Shown here: positions 22,455 to 31,893 of the stretch, piece by piece | How the letters are laid out: the number at the start of each line of letters is the position of its first letter | Numbering within the stretch: position 1 is the first letter of the stretch | From: Candidatus Latescibacterota bacterium | Lineage (GTDB): Bacteria > Latescibacterota > UBA2968 > UBA8231 | NCBI GenBank assembly: GCA_965208105.1 | Contig: OZ242318.1 | Span: 2,592,001 to 2,656,000, forward strand | Reading direction: 5' to 3' | Length of the DNA: 64,000 nucleotides | Translations under genes and position numbers: made by a program | The notes under the pieces: generated by a model | The model's database searches: none | What the model saw: only the letters and a program-made list of their open reading frames with translations | Told to the model about the DNA's origin: nothing

Positions 22455-22546
22455 TGTGCCCGCGCGTGAGCAGACACCAGGGTCTGGCGGGCCCCGCCGG
22501 GACGGACAACTCCCGGCCTGACACCGCCCGCTAAAGGAGAAGCTCG

Positions 22547-23797
22547 ATGGACATAATGGAAGACCTGCAGTGGAGGGGTCTGCTGCACCAGGCAACCGAC
22601 CAGGATGGTCTCGCCCGCCGCCTGCAAAGCGGCCCGATCACCCTCTACAACGGCCTCGACCCCACGGCCGACAGCCTGACCATCGGCAACCTGGTGCCCA
22701 TCCTGGTGCTGCGCCGCTTCCAGCTTGCCGGCCACGCGCCCATCGCCCTGGTCGGCGGCGGCACCGGCCTCATCGGCGACCCCAGCGGCAAATCGGAGGA
22801 ACGCGGGCTCAACCCGGAGGAGACGGTGGCGGCGTGGACGGAGAAGATCAGGAAGCAGGTGGAGCCCATCCTCGACTTCGACGCCCCCGGCAACCCGGCG
22901 CAAATCGTCAACAACTTCGACTGGCTCACGTCGGTCAAGGCCATCGATTTCCTCCGCGACGTGGGCAAGCACTTCCCGGTTCCCTACATGCTGGCCAAGG
23001 ACTCGGTGGCCTCCCGCCTGAAAAGCGGCATCTCCTTCACCGAATTCAGCTACATGGTCCTGCAGGCCTACGACTTCCTGCAGCTCTTCGAGGCCCGCAA
23101 CTGCGAGCTGCAGGTGGGCGGATCGGACCAGTGGGGCAACATCACCGCCGGTTCCGACCTCATCCGGCGCTGCACCGGAAAGAAGTCCTATGGCCTTACT
23201 CACCCCCTGGTCACCAGGGCCGAGGGCGGCAAGTTCGGCAAGACCGAGTCGGGCACCGTCTGGCTCGATCCCCAGCGCACCTCGCCCTACCAGTTCTACC
23301 AGTTCTGGATCAACGCCGACGACCAGAGCACCCTCGAATACCTGAGATTCTTCACCTTCCTGGAGCGCGGCGCCGTCCTCGACCTCGAAGCGGCGACCCG
23401 CAGCCACCCGGAAAAGCGCGAAGCGCAGCGCACCCTGGCGCGGGAAACCACCACCCTGATCCACGGCCGCGAGAACGCGCGCAAGGCCGAGAAGATCTCC
23501 CGCGCCCTGTTCTACCAGGAGCTGCGGGAGCTCGAGGAAGACGAGATCGAGCAGGGTTTCAACCACGTCCCCTCCTACACCATGGAAGAAAGCGGGGCTC
23601 CCCTGCTGGAGCTCCTGGTGGCCGCCCGCATCTCCTCCTCGCGGCGGCAGGCGCGTGAGGACGTGGGCAACGGCGCCATCTACATCAACGGCAGCCGCTG
23701 CACCGATCCGAACCTCCCCGTGCGCAGGGAGGACGGCCTGCACGGCAAGTACGTCGTCATCCGCCGCGGCAAGAACAAATACTTCCTGATCCGCTGA
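22547..23797 (+). CDS. tyrS: Tyrosine--tRNA ligase
   Basis: G.DPTADSLTIGN (HIGH-like), YMVLQAYDF, GGSDQWGNI, KFGKT (KMSKS-like), C-terminal S4 domain (RRGK). Confidence 0.97.
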   Translation: MDIMEDLQWRGLLHQATDQDGLARRLQSGPITLYNGLDPTADSLTIGNLVPILVLRRFQLAGHAPIALVGGGTGLIGDPSGKSEERGLNPEETVAAWTEKIRKQVEPILDFDAPGNPAQIVNNFDWLTSVKAIDFLRDVGKHFPVPYMLAKDSVASRLKSGISFTEFSYMVLQAYDFLQLFEARNCELQVGGSDQWGNITAGSDLIRRCTGKKSYGLTHPLVTRAEGGKFGKTESGTVWLDPQRTSPYQFYQFWINADDQSTLEYLRFFTFLERGAVLDLEAATRSHPEKREAQRTLARETTTLIHGRENARKAEKISRALFYQELRELEEDEIEQGFNHVPSYTMEESGAPLLELLVAARISSSRRQAREDVGNGAIYINGSRCTDPNLPVRREDGLHGKYVVIRRGKNKYFLIR

Positions 23798-23836
23798 AGG
23801 TCCTGTCCTCCGTCTCCGGGCGGGGACGGCTGCCGC

Positions 23837-25633
23837 TCACTCCCACTCCACCGTGGCCGGCGGTTTGTGGGTGATGTCGTAGAACACCGCTTCCACCCCG
23901 TCCAGATTCATCAACCTGGCGGCGATATCCTCGAGAAAGGCGCGCGGCAGGCGGCTGAAGCGCGCGGTCATGAAGTCCTCGGTGGAAATCGGCCGCAGCA
24001 CGACGCTCTCCCCCGCCCCGTTGGGGGACAGGGGCGCCAGCACCGTGGGCATCTGCGCCACCTCTTGCATCAGGTCGTGGCGCTCCAGCGCCTCCATGGC
24101 CAGGGCGTCCGCCTCGCGCAGCAGATCGAGGCGGGCGCGGGTCAAGCAGGCACGCTTCAGGCGCAGCCGCGGCTGCTCCCCGGGGGCGAGCAGGTAGACC
24201 ACGCGGTTGATCTGGGCGATCTCGTTGGTCAGCTCCGTCGACACCGCTTCGAGCGCGCCCCAGTCCGCCTCGCCCCAGACCGCTGCCGGGTGGGCGTAGG
24301 TGCGCGTGTCGCCCTGCACTCCGACGCTGCGCAGCGGCAGAATCTCCGCCTTCAGCCCCGCTCCTGCCGCGATCCGCTCCGCTTCCCGCGCCGCATCGCC
24401 TCCCAGGTCCTGCCCATCGCGCCCGGCCTCCGAGCACAGGGCCCGAACCGCCAGTCCCGGCCCGGGGAATGGATGGCGCCAGACCAGGTGGTGGGGCAGC
24501 CCCAGCTTTTCCCCCAGCTCGCGCACCTCGTCCTTGTAGAGCTGGGCCAGGGGCTCGACCACCCGGCCCGAGGCCATCAGCTCCTCGATGGCCTCCACCC
24601 GGTTGTGGTGGGTCTTGATCACCGCCGCGTGGTCCGTTCCCCCCGACTCGATGGTATCCGTGTAGAGCGTCCCCTGTCCCAGCAGCCATTCCGCCGGATC
24701 GAGGTCCAGCGCCTCCAGCGCCCGCGAGCGCGAGCGCACGAACTCGGCGCCGATGATCCGGCGCTTCTCCTCCGGGTCCACCACTCCATCGACGGCGCGC
24801 AGGAACGCGGCGCTGTCGTCGGCCACCTCGAGGTTGTCGAAGCCCGACTCGTCCAGCAGGCGCCGCACCATCGCCGTCTCGTTCTTGCGCATGAAGCCGT
24901 TGTCGATGTGCAGCCCCAGGACCCGGTCCTCTCCCAGGGCCCGGTTGAGCAGCAGAAAGGAAACGGTGGAGTCCACCCCGCCGCTGACGAAGAGGAAGAC
25001 CTTGCGGCCCGCCGCCTGCTCCTTTATCCGCGCCATGGACGCCTCCATGTAGTGCTCCATGGTCCAGTCCCGCGCGCAGCCGCAGAGATCCACGAAATTC
25101 TCGAGAATCCTCATGCCCGCTTCCGTGTGGGTGACCTCGGGATGGAACTGCAGGCCGTAAATCTTCCTCTCCTCCGAGCCCATGGCCGCCACCGCGCAGT
25201 CCGCCGTCCTTCCCAGCACCTCGAACCCCGGCGGCGGCATCTCGACGCTGTCCCGGTGGCTCATCCAGATCGGCTCGTCGGGCTCGAGCCCGGCAAGCAC
25301 CCCGCGGGGCCGGTCGACCTGCAGGCGGGCTGCTCCGTACTCCATGGTATCCCCCGGCTGCACCCGCCCGCCGAACTCCTTGCAGATCAACTGGTGGCCG
25401 TAGCAAAGCCCCAGCAGCGGCCGGCCGGCACGGAGGATGGCGGCGTTGTAGGCCGGCCGGTCCTCGGCGTAGACGCTGGAGGGGCCTCCGGAGAGGATGA
25501 GCCCGTCGACGCCCTCCAGGTCATCCAGCGGCATGGCGGGAGAGCGGATCTCCGCATACACGTGCAGGCGCCGAATGCGATTGGCGATCAGGTGAGCGTA
25601 CTGGCCGCCGAAGTCGAGGACTGCGATTCCCAC
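23837..25633 (-). CDS. guaA: Glutamine-hydrolysing GMP synthase (long form)
   Basis: DFGGQY, GLCYGHQ, QFHPEV, SGGVDS, IKTHHN, RHPFPGPGL, SVGVQGD.R.Y, YDITHKPPATVEWE. Confidence 0.96.
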   Translation of the reverse strand: MGIAVLDFGGQYAHLIANRIRRLHVYAEIRSPAMPLDDLEGVDGLILSGGPSSVYAEDRPAYNAAILRAGRPLLGLCYGHQLICKEFGGRVQPGDTMEYGAARLQVDRPRGVLAGLEPDEPIWMSHRDSVEMPPPGFEVLGRTADCAVAAMGSEERKIYGLQFHPEVTHTEAGMRILENFVDLCGCARDWTMEHYMEASMARIKEQAAGRKVFLFVSGGVDSTVSFLLLNRALGEDRVLGLHIDNGFMRKNETAMVRRLLDESGFDNLEVADDSAAFLRAVDGVVDPEEKRRIIGAEFVRSRSRALEALDLDPAEWLLGQGTLYTDTIESGGTDHAAVIKTHHNRVEAIEELMASGRVVEPLAQLYKDEVRELGEKLGLPHHLVWRHPFPGPGLAVRALCSEAGRDGQDLGGDAAREAERIAAGAGLKAEILPLRSVGVQGDTRTYAHPAAVWGEADWGALEAVSTELTNEIAQINRVVYLLAPGEQPRLRLKRACLTRARLDLLREADALAMEALERHDLMQEVAQMPTVLAPLSPNGAGESVVLRPISTEDFMTARFSRLPRAFLEDIAARLMNLDGVEAVFYDITHKPPATVEWE

Positions 25634-25906
25634 CGCCGGCTCCTTTGCAGAAGGAGGAGGATCTCGAATGGGTGAACAGGGTTATGATATGAAGAAAAGA
25701 AAAGACAGACAACGCCGGGGCAGTCCTGCCCGATGGTTCCTCGAGTCAGGGGACCTCAGCGAGGGAAAGGGACACCAGTATGCCCACCAGGGCCTTCCCA
25801 CTGTCCAAGGCGCAGCGACGGCATTCTGGTCAGGCTGTGGGTTAAAAAAGATTCCAGCCGGTGATTGGTTATTGCCCGAATCGAGCCGGACAGGGCTGAC
25901 GCCATT

Positions 25907-28723
25907 CTATAGCATGCGCCCGAATCCGGGCCAGCCCACGGCTGCGCGCACGAAGAAAGACCCGCTGCCGTATTCGTCGGCGGCCTGCAAGGGGTGGTCG
26001 AATTCCAGTTTATCCCTTTTGAATCCGACGCTGGTGTAGAGCTCATAGCCGAAATACTTCGAGAGATTTATCAACTGCACAAATGATGTGCGCTGCTCGA
26101 AGCTGTTCCGCCTCCTGGTTCGGTCCTCGAGACGATAGGGCAAAGATCCCACACCCTGGACTCCTGCCTGCAGACCGGTCCGCGGCATCAGCGCGTAGTG
26201 CAGCCGAAGAATGGGAATCAGGCGATAGACCCAGCGCAACTCAACCGCGCCGGCACGGTCCACCTCGCGCTGGAAGAGGAACTTGAACTGCGGCTTCAGA
26301 CTCAGCTTTCCCAGGTACAACGCCCACTCCACCTTGCTCACCGAGGTCCACAAGTCCAGCCGCCGCCCGCCCTGCCAGGTACTGCCGGGCAGGCGCCCGC
26401 CCTGCTGCCAGTTGAGCCGCAGGCGCAGCTTCTGCTCCAGATAGAGAGTGGACCACGGCCTGAGCGTGGCTTCCACATAGGACTCGTTGACGTAGCTGTC
26501 GCGGTAGCGCAGGTAATCCTCGCGCACCTGGCTGAGATTCCTTCTGGCGCTGCTGTTTCTCTGCCGGATCAGGCGCTCGGGAGGGTCGACAAAGGTAAGA
26601 TACAGATCGGCGATGTCGTCCTGGACGAGGCGGAAATTATTCTCAATGAACAAACGGACCGGGCGATCTGCTTGCCCGTATCGGTAGCCCAGGAGGGCGT
26701 AGGTGGATCGGTTGCGCCCGTCCCCGGCAATCTGCCGCAGGGAGAAACGGCCGGCGCCGAATGACCAGTGAGGGCCGAGGCCGAACTGGCCGAAGAGGTG
26801 GTATCCGCGTTGGTCGAAGTCGTAGGGATAATCTTCCTTCCAATCGTCCTCGCGGTGATCGGGCTCGTCGTTGTGGTTGCGGTCCAGGCCATAGACGAAG
26901 GTGTTGGGCTCGACGTCGAACATCAGGAAAGGCTCTTCATAGTCTGGAACTCCATCGAAGTCCCGATCTATATCAGGAATGCCGTTCTGGTCCTCGTCCT
27001 GGCCCGGAAAGACGCCGTCCAGATCGTAGCCAACCAGCAGGATATCGGGCCAGATGTCGGCTTCGTCGTTGTCCTCCACCAGCACCCACTTGAACTGCCG
27101 GTGCTGGGCGGTTCTGTAGGTGCTGACGACCGGGTCCATGTACTGGCGCATCTCCGTGCTGTAGTCAGGATTGAGCGCAAAGAATTCGCCGCCAACCAAC
27201 CCTCCCTCGAACCAGTGGGTGGCGTTGATGAAATAGGCGGCACCGCGGTCGGCGAAGCGCGGACTGCGGCGGAAAGCGGGGACCCGGTCGACGTGGGCGG
27301 GATAGCGCAGGTAGGCCGCAGAGCGGGCGTACTCGGCATTGATTTCGATGCCGGGCAGAGCCAACTTCAAATCCGTGCCGTATACGAAGTGAGCTACCTG
27401 CTCGCCGACCCGAAACCGGACCTTTCGCAGATTGGACCCGTCCTGCACGTTGCCCGCGGCGCGAAAAACCGTGCGGTAGAAGGTAGCAGAATAGCGCTGC
27501 ACGTAGTCGCGGGAGCGCGGAGACACCTCCGCAATGGTCGAAACACCGATACGGCTGTCGTTGCCCACAACCGCCTCCACCTCCGCCTCGAGTGTGGCGG
27601 CCTCCCTTCCGACCTCGAAGAGGAACACCAGTTGCTCTTCGCCGTCGGCGCGTAGAATTTCCTCAGGCGACTCGAAGGAAAAGGTCTTCAGCAGCCCATC
27701 CAGGTTGGTGTTTGCGCTCACGTCTTCGCCTCGCGCGTGGGCGATGCGATAGAGGTAGTCGACGTAGTTGGGAACCTCCTGGCCGCGGTAGAAGGTCCCC
27801 GAGATCCTGGAATAGGGCGAGGGCCGGAAGCTGCCGTCCGCCTGAAAATAGCGGCCGGCCTGGGTCGCCGCGCCCGTCCTGTGGCGGATGACCACCGGCT
27901 GGATGTCCTGACGGACCTTCCCGTTCAGGATCAGGGTGACTTCGTGCACCTGAGCCCCGCCCCCACCGTCCCGGGGCGAGTCGTCCTTGAATCGCACAAC
28001 GATCCAGTCTGCCAGGGGCTGAAACGAACGCAGCCTTCCCCTTATGCTGTTTCCCGGCCGGGTGCTCTGAAACTGGTGCAGATTGACCCAGTTCAGACCC
28101 ATGGTGAGGACCCCGAGGTCGGCCTGGACCCTGTTGGCCAGCATGAGAGTCGAGTCGTCGACCTCGATGCCGTGGACGTGCTCGACGCGGGCAGCGTGGG
28201 CGGTAGCCTTCAAATAGGGAGTGGAGAGGTCCAGGCGGAAGCCGCGCGAGTAGGTCCGCGACAACGTCAGGGGAGTAAAGCGCAGGGCGCCGGTCAGCCC
28301 TACTACCGCACTGTAGCCCCATCCGCCGTAACTGTCGCTGGCGACCACCTGGCAGGTGGTGCAGGGCCAGTTTATCACACTGCCGCACTGCTCGCCCCGG
28401 CGCCCACCGCAATTGAGGCCCGGCATGCGCAACTCCCGCCAACTGTACCAGTGGTAGCCCCTGATCTGCTCGTACCCCAAAGGGCCATAGAATAACTTCG
28501 CTGCATCGTCGTAGGGATGGGTGTGATTGGGATAGTTGGCGTAGGTCTCGAAGGCGTAATTGCGGTAATCGGGACCCTCCTGTTTCAACAAGAAGCGCTG
28601 GGCTGCAACCTGGTTCAGCGCCAGGTGGGAAGATTTCTTCCCGTCGTCGTCCGCCGCTGCCGTGCCCCATGCAAAGAGCACGAGCGCCAAACCCCGCAGT
28701 GTAACCGCACTGTAGCTCCGCAT
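25907..28723 (-). CDS. Large exported hypothetical protein with acidic DxDxD/NG (Ca-binding-like) repeats and a probable C-terminal beta-barrel
   Basis: Signal peptide MRSYSAVTLRGLALVLFAWGTAAA; DNDEADIWPD, DEDQNGIPD.D.DFDGVPD, DRNHNDEPD; alternating aromatic strands at the C-terminus. Confidence 0.6.
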   Translation of the reverse strand: MRSYSAVTLRGLALVLFAWGTAAADDDGKKSSHLALNQVAAQRFLLKQEGPDYRNYAFETYANYPNHTHPYDDAAKLFYGPLGYEQIRGYHWYSWRELRMPGLNCGGRRGEQCGSVINWPCTTCQVVASDSYGGWGYSAVVGLTGALRFTPLTLSRTYSRGFRLDLSTPYLKATAHAARVEHVHGIEVDDSTLMLANRVQADLGVLTMGLNWVNLHQFQSTRPGNSIRGRLRSFQPLADWIVVRFKDDSPRDGGGGAQVHEVTLILNGKVRQDIQPVVIRHRTGAATQAGRYFQADGSFRPSPYSRISGTFYRGQEVPNYVDYLYRIAHARGEDVSANTNLDGLLKTFSFESPEEILRADGEEQLVFLFEVGREAATLEAEVEAVVGNDSRIGVSTIAEVSPRSRDYVQRYSATFYRTVFRAAGNVQDGSNLRKVRFRVGEQVAHFVYGTDLKLALPGIEINAEYARSAAYLRYPAHVDRVPAFRRSPRFADRGAAYFINATHWFEGGLVGGEFFALNPDYSTEMRQYMDPVVSTYRTAQHRQFKWVLVEDNDEADIWPDILLVGYDLDGVFPGQDEDQNGIPDIDRDFDGVPDYEEPFLMFDVEPNTFVYGLDRNHNDEPDHREDDWKEDYPYDFDQRGYHLFGQFGLGPHWSFGAGRFSLRQIAGDGRNRSTYALLGYRYGQADRPVRLFIENNFRLVQDDIADLYLTFVDPPERLIRQRNSSARRNLSQVREDYLRYRDSYVNESYVEATLRPWSTLYLEQKLRLRLNWQQGGRLPGSTWQGGRRLDLWTSVSKVEWALYLGKLSLKPQFKFLFQREVDRAGAVELRWVYRLIPILRLHYALMPRTGLQAGVQGVGSLPYRLEDRTRRRNSFEQRTSFVQLINLSKYFGYELYTSVGFKRDKLEFDHPLQAADEYGSGSFFVRAAVGWPGFGRML

Positions 28724-28976
28724 CAATACCTGCCTATGCCTGCATTGTCCGAGCCCTTCCCCACAATCTCCCAACCGGGGGTACTGGGATCCTTTTTGGG
28801 TAAGGTGAATCAGGCCGAATCCCCATAGAATCATGTATTTCCTGATTCCGGGTCAAGTTCCACCTTTAGTTGAAATAGGTCTCAGGCTCGGGGGAAAACC
28901 AGCTCGATTTCGCCTGACCGTTTTTGTATTTAGTTTTCCTGCCAGAAAAGGGCCTGATCAACCGAAAGGCAACACC

Positions 28977-30443
28977 ATGGGATCTGGAAGAAGCCGACCT
29001 AACGTAGTGCTGATGATCAGCGACCAGCAGCGCGCCGATACCATGCCGGGCGTGCGTCGGTTCCCGATCCACACGCCGCACCTGGCGTGGCTGATGAGCA
29101 GCTCCGCGCACTTCGAGCGCGCCTTTTGCACGAGCCCCATGTGTTCGCCCGCCCGGTCGTCCATCCTCACCGGACTCTTCCCCCACGCCACGGGCATGGT
29201 GGCCAATCACCAGGAGCGTCCCATCTCAAACGAGATCCACCTTGCAGCGGACGTGAAGATTTTGGCCGACTACCTCAAACCTCTGAACTATGTCTGCGCT
29301 TACACCGGGAAATGGCATCTGGGTACGGGCGCCGACCGCCGCGGCTTCACCGATTTCGTTACCCGCGCCGGCATGCATGACTGCGATATCGGTCACCCCG
29401 CTCAGAACCAGATGCTGTCCTTTGCGCGCAAAATCGGGGTACGGTTGGGAGGTAAACTCACTGGCAACGACCTGGACAAGGACACCTACGACCAGCGCAC
29501 CGATGTGGGGACGTCGCTGTTGCCTCTCGCATTTCACCGCTCGATGCGCGAAGCCAACCAGGCGGCGGGGTTCATTCGAAGCATGCGGGGCGAGGAACGA
29601 CCGTTTGCCCTGGTCTACTCGTGCCACGAACCCCATCCGCCGTTTGCATGTCCCCGGCCGTTCGACAGGATGTACGATCCGGAGACGATGCCTCTTCCGG
29701 AAACGCGGCGTGACCCGGCAGCATTGCGGCTACAGCAGGCACGCAACGACTGGCAACTGAAACCAGTGGCTGAGTTCAGCGACGGCGACCTCCAGCGCAT
29801 GTGGGCTGCCTACTGCGGGTCCGTCAGTTACGTGGACCACCTTCTCGGCATCCTGCTTGAAGCACTGGTCGACAGCGATCAACTGGAGAACACCCTGCTC
29901 ATCTTTACATCGGACCACGGCGAAATGCTGGGCAGCCACGGCTTCCTTCGCAAGGGCTCGGCCTTCTACGAGGAGTTGGTCAATGTTCCGCTTCTCGTGC
30001 GTCCTCCGGGAGGGCTCGACGCCGGCCATCGCACCCGCCAGCTGGTCTCCCAGGTTGACTTGGTGCCCACCATCGTCGGCTGGTGCGGCGGGGACTCGCC
30101 CGCTGGCTTGCACGGCACGGATATACGCACGCTGTCGGAGGGCGGAAACGATCCGGTGCGCCAGGGACTGGCCATGGAGTTCCACTCCTCCAACTGGGGC
30201 GAACCCCCAACTCCAATGCGCGGCTGGCGGACTGACGATCACAAGTACATCGAGACCGTTGGCGGCGATGACGAGTTCTACAATCTGTCTGACGATCCGC
30301 TGGAGACCCGCAACCTGATCTCCGAGGCGGGGGAGGCGGCCTTCCTGCAAAATATGATAGATCAACTGCGCACCTGGTTGCGCTGCAGCGAGGATCCCTG
30401 GCCGGAAGTGCCTCAACCCGAGCGCCTGGTGCAGAGGAAGTGA
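28977..30443 (+). CDS. Sulfatase (formylglycine-dependent)
   Basis: PNVVLMISDQQR, CSPARSSILTG (CxPxR), GKWHLG, EPHPP, FTSDHGEMLG.H...K. Confidence 0.92.
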   Translation: MGSGRSRPNVVLMISDQQRADTMPGVRRFPIHTPHLAWLMSSSAHFERAFCTSPMCSPARSSILTGLFPHATGMVANHQERPISNEIHLAADVKILADYLKPLNYVCAYTGKWHLGTGADRRGFTDFVTRAGMHDCDIGHPAQNQMLSFARKIGVRLGGKLTGNDLDKDTYDQRTDVGTSLLPLAFHRSMREANQAAGFIRSMRGEERPFALVYSCHEPHPPFACPRPFDRMYDPETMPLPETRRDPAALRLQQARNDWQLKPVAEFSDGDLQRMWAAYCGSVSYVDHLLGILLEALVDSDQLENTLLIFTSDHGEMLGSHGFLRKGSAFYEELVNVPLLVRPPGGLDAGHRTRQLVSQVDLVPTIVGWCGGDSPAGLHGTDIRTLSEGGNDPVRQGLAMEFHSSNWGEPPTPMRGWRTDDHKYIETVGGDDEFYNLSDDPLETRNLISEAGEAAFLQNMIDQLRTWLRCSEDPWPEVPQPERLVQRK

Positions 30444-30611
30444 CCTTGCACCCTTAAACGAGTGCAGGTATGGCCAAGTGGAGAGTTTTGACGGAACGTT
30501 CAGGGGTCAGTTGCTCAACCGGGAAGTTTTGAAGCCCCGAGGGAAGCCAAGTCTCGGGCAATTCCTCTCCAATTACCCCAAGAACAGGAGTGCCGGAAAT
30601 AATCTGCTGCA

Positions 30612-30738
30612 CACGAAAAGGCGCCATCAATCGAGCTTATCAGGCACGACTTGACGGAGCCAACTTTCACAGCAAATCAACAACAAGGAATCCACCTTAA
30701 TCAGGCTGCCTGGCTGTCCAAAGATTGGGGTCCACCTC
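30612..30738 (+). mobile_element. IS3-family right-end remnant
   Basis: Degenerate OrfB tail (KRRHQS) followed by CTGTCCAAAGATTGGGGTCCACCTC, resembling IS3-family right IRs. Confidence 0.45.
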
Positions 30739-30795
30739 TCTTGATTTCGCCTGACAGGTTTTGTGTTTATTATTCCTTTCAGAAAGGAGTCGAGC

Positions 30796-30918
30796 ATGAC
30801 TCAAGACGAAAGAGATATCCGTCGTAAAATCAGGGCCTTAGAGCATGCTTGCTCAACTGGCAATGTGTCCAAGACCTGTCGATACTTCGGAATCTCCAGA
30901 GAGACCTTCTACTGCTGA
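30796..30918 (+). pseudogene. IS481-family transposase N-terminal fragment
   Basis: MTQDERDIRRKIRALEHACSTGNVSKTCRYFGISRETFYC* (HTH) behind an AAAGGAG RBS; stops after 40 codons. Confidence 0.75.
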
Positions 30919-31488
30919 AGGCCGAAAGTCTCAACCATATCCAGGGCCATAAGCGCGGCTACGTGGGGGATTTGAAGATCATCCGCAAGGTAACAGTGGT
31001 ATTACACCCGGACCATGCGTCTTCCCCAGGTCGATCACCCCGTTCGCTTGGTGATTCTGTGGGATTGCAAGAACGGCAGGAAGCCGGTCAAGTACCTGGT
31101 GACCAACCGGGTTTTATTGTGAGATCAGCCGTATATTGAACGTCTACCGCAAACGCTGGACGGGCACGGAGACCTTTCACCGGGACGGCAAGCAGCATCC
31201 GGGCATGGGGGACTGTCAGCTACGCAGCGCCACGGGCCAGACCCGGCACCTGTATCTGGTAATGCTGGCGCACAGTCTCCTTATGGTCCGGATGGGGCAG
31301 GGCAGTGCGCGTGACTGGGCTCATGGTGTGCTGACGACCATCGGCCAAGCCTGTCGAGCCGTGTCGCGGGAAACGCTCAGTAAGACCATCCATTGGGCTG
31401 TCGAACAAGCCACCACGTTGGGGTGGAATCAGCAGCGCATCGTCACATATCTTGAGCTGGCCTGAGCCGAAGTTTGCAAAAGTCCAGT
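30919..31488 (+). pseudogene. IS701-family transposase C-terminal remnant (frameshifted) with right end
   Basis: HPVRLVILWD..KYLVTNR, then YRKRWTGTETFHRDGKQH.GMGDCQLR..QTRHLYLV (Y-2-R-3-E-6-K region); end sequence GTTTGCAAAAGTCCAGT at 31472-31488. Confidence 0.7.
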
Positions 31489-31528
31489 TATTAGGTCCGG
31501 AGCCGGGCCCCCGGGCCCCGAGGTTAAC

Positions 31529-31882
31529 GTGGTGGTCGCCGACGGGCGCGACTGGGGCAACGACTCATACGTCGTGAACTCGGCCGCCATCGACGTTCAC
31601 CTGCTGACCATCGTAGTCTCATTCGGTGGCGGCTGCCCGAGGCATGACTTCACTCTGGTGATCTCAGAAACGTTCAAGGAATCTGATCCGGTGCAGCTTT
31701 CGGCTGTGCTCGCCCATGATGCGAACGGGGACACCTGCGAGGCTTATCCGACCGAATCTCGCGTTTTCGACCTTGCCCCGATCAGGACGCGCTATCAGCA
31801 GTTCTACGAACCCGGTCCGGGCAAGACCGCTCTGCAAATCGCGGGCGTTCCCGGCGTCGAACTCCTATACGAATTCGACTAA
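31529..31882 (+). CDS. Hypothetical protein (probably 5'-truncated by the upstream IS)
   Basis: SFGGGC..HDFTL..FKESDPVQL..HDANGDTCEAY; no RBS or signal peptide; starts 40 bp after an IS end. Confidence 0.5.
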   Translation: MVVADGRDWGNDSYVVNSAAIDVHLLTIVVSFGGGCPRHDFTLVISETFKESDPVQLSAVLAHDANGDTCEAYPTESRVFDLAPIRTRYQQFYEPGPGKTALQIAGVPGVELLYEFD

Positions 31883-31893
31883 CGGGCAAGATA

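Noticed and set aside
22293-22546. T-box riboswitch upstream of tyrS
   Set aside because: No T-box consensus (GGTGG.ACC) or terminator is visible; the region is explained by the TIR-bounded element.
23837-25900. guaA as the integration site of the accessory region
   Set aside because: guaA islands insert at the 3' end; here the accessory DNA is 5' of guaA and no integrase or att repeat is seen.
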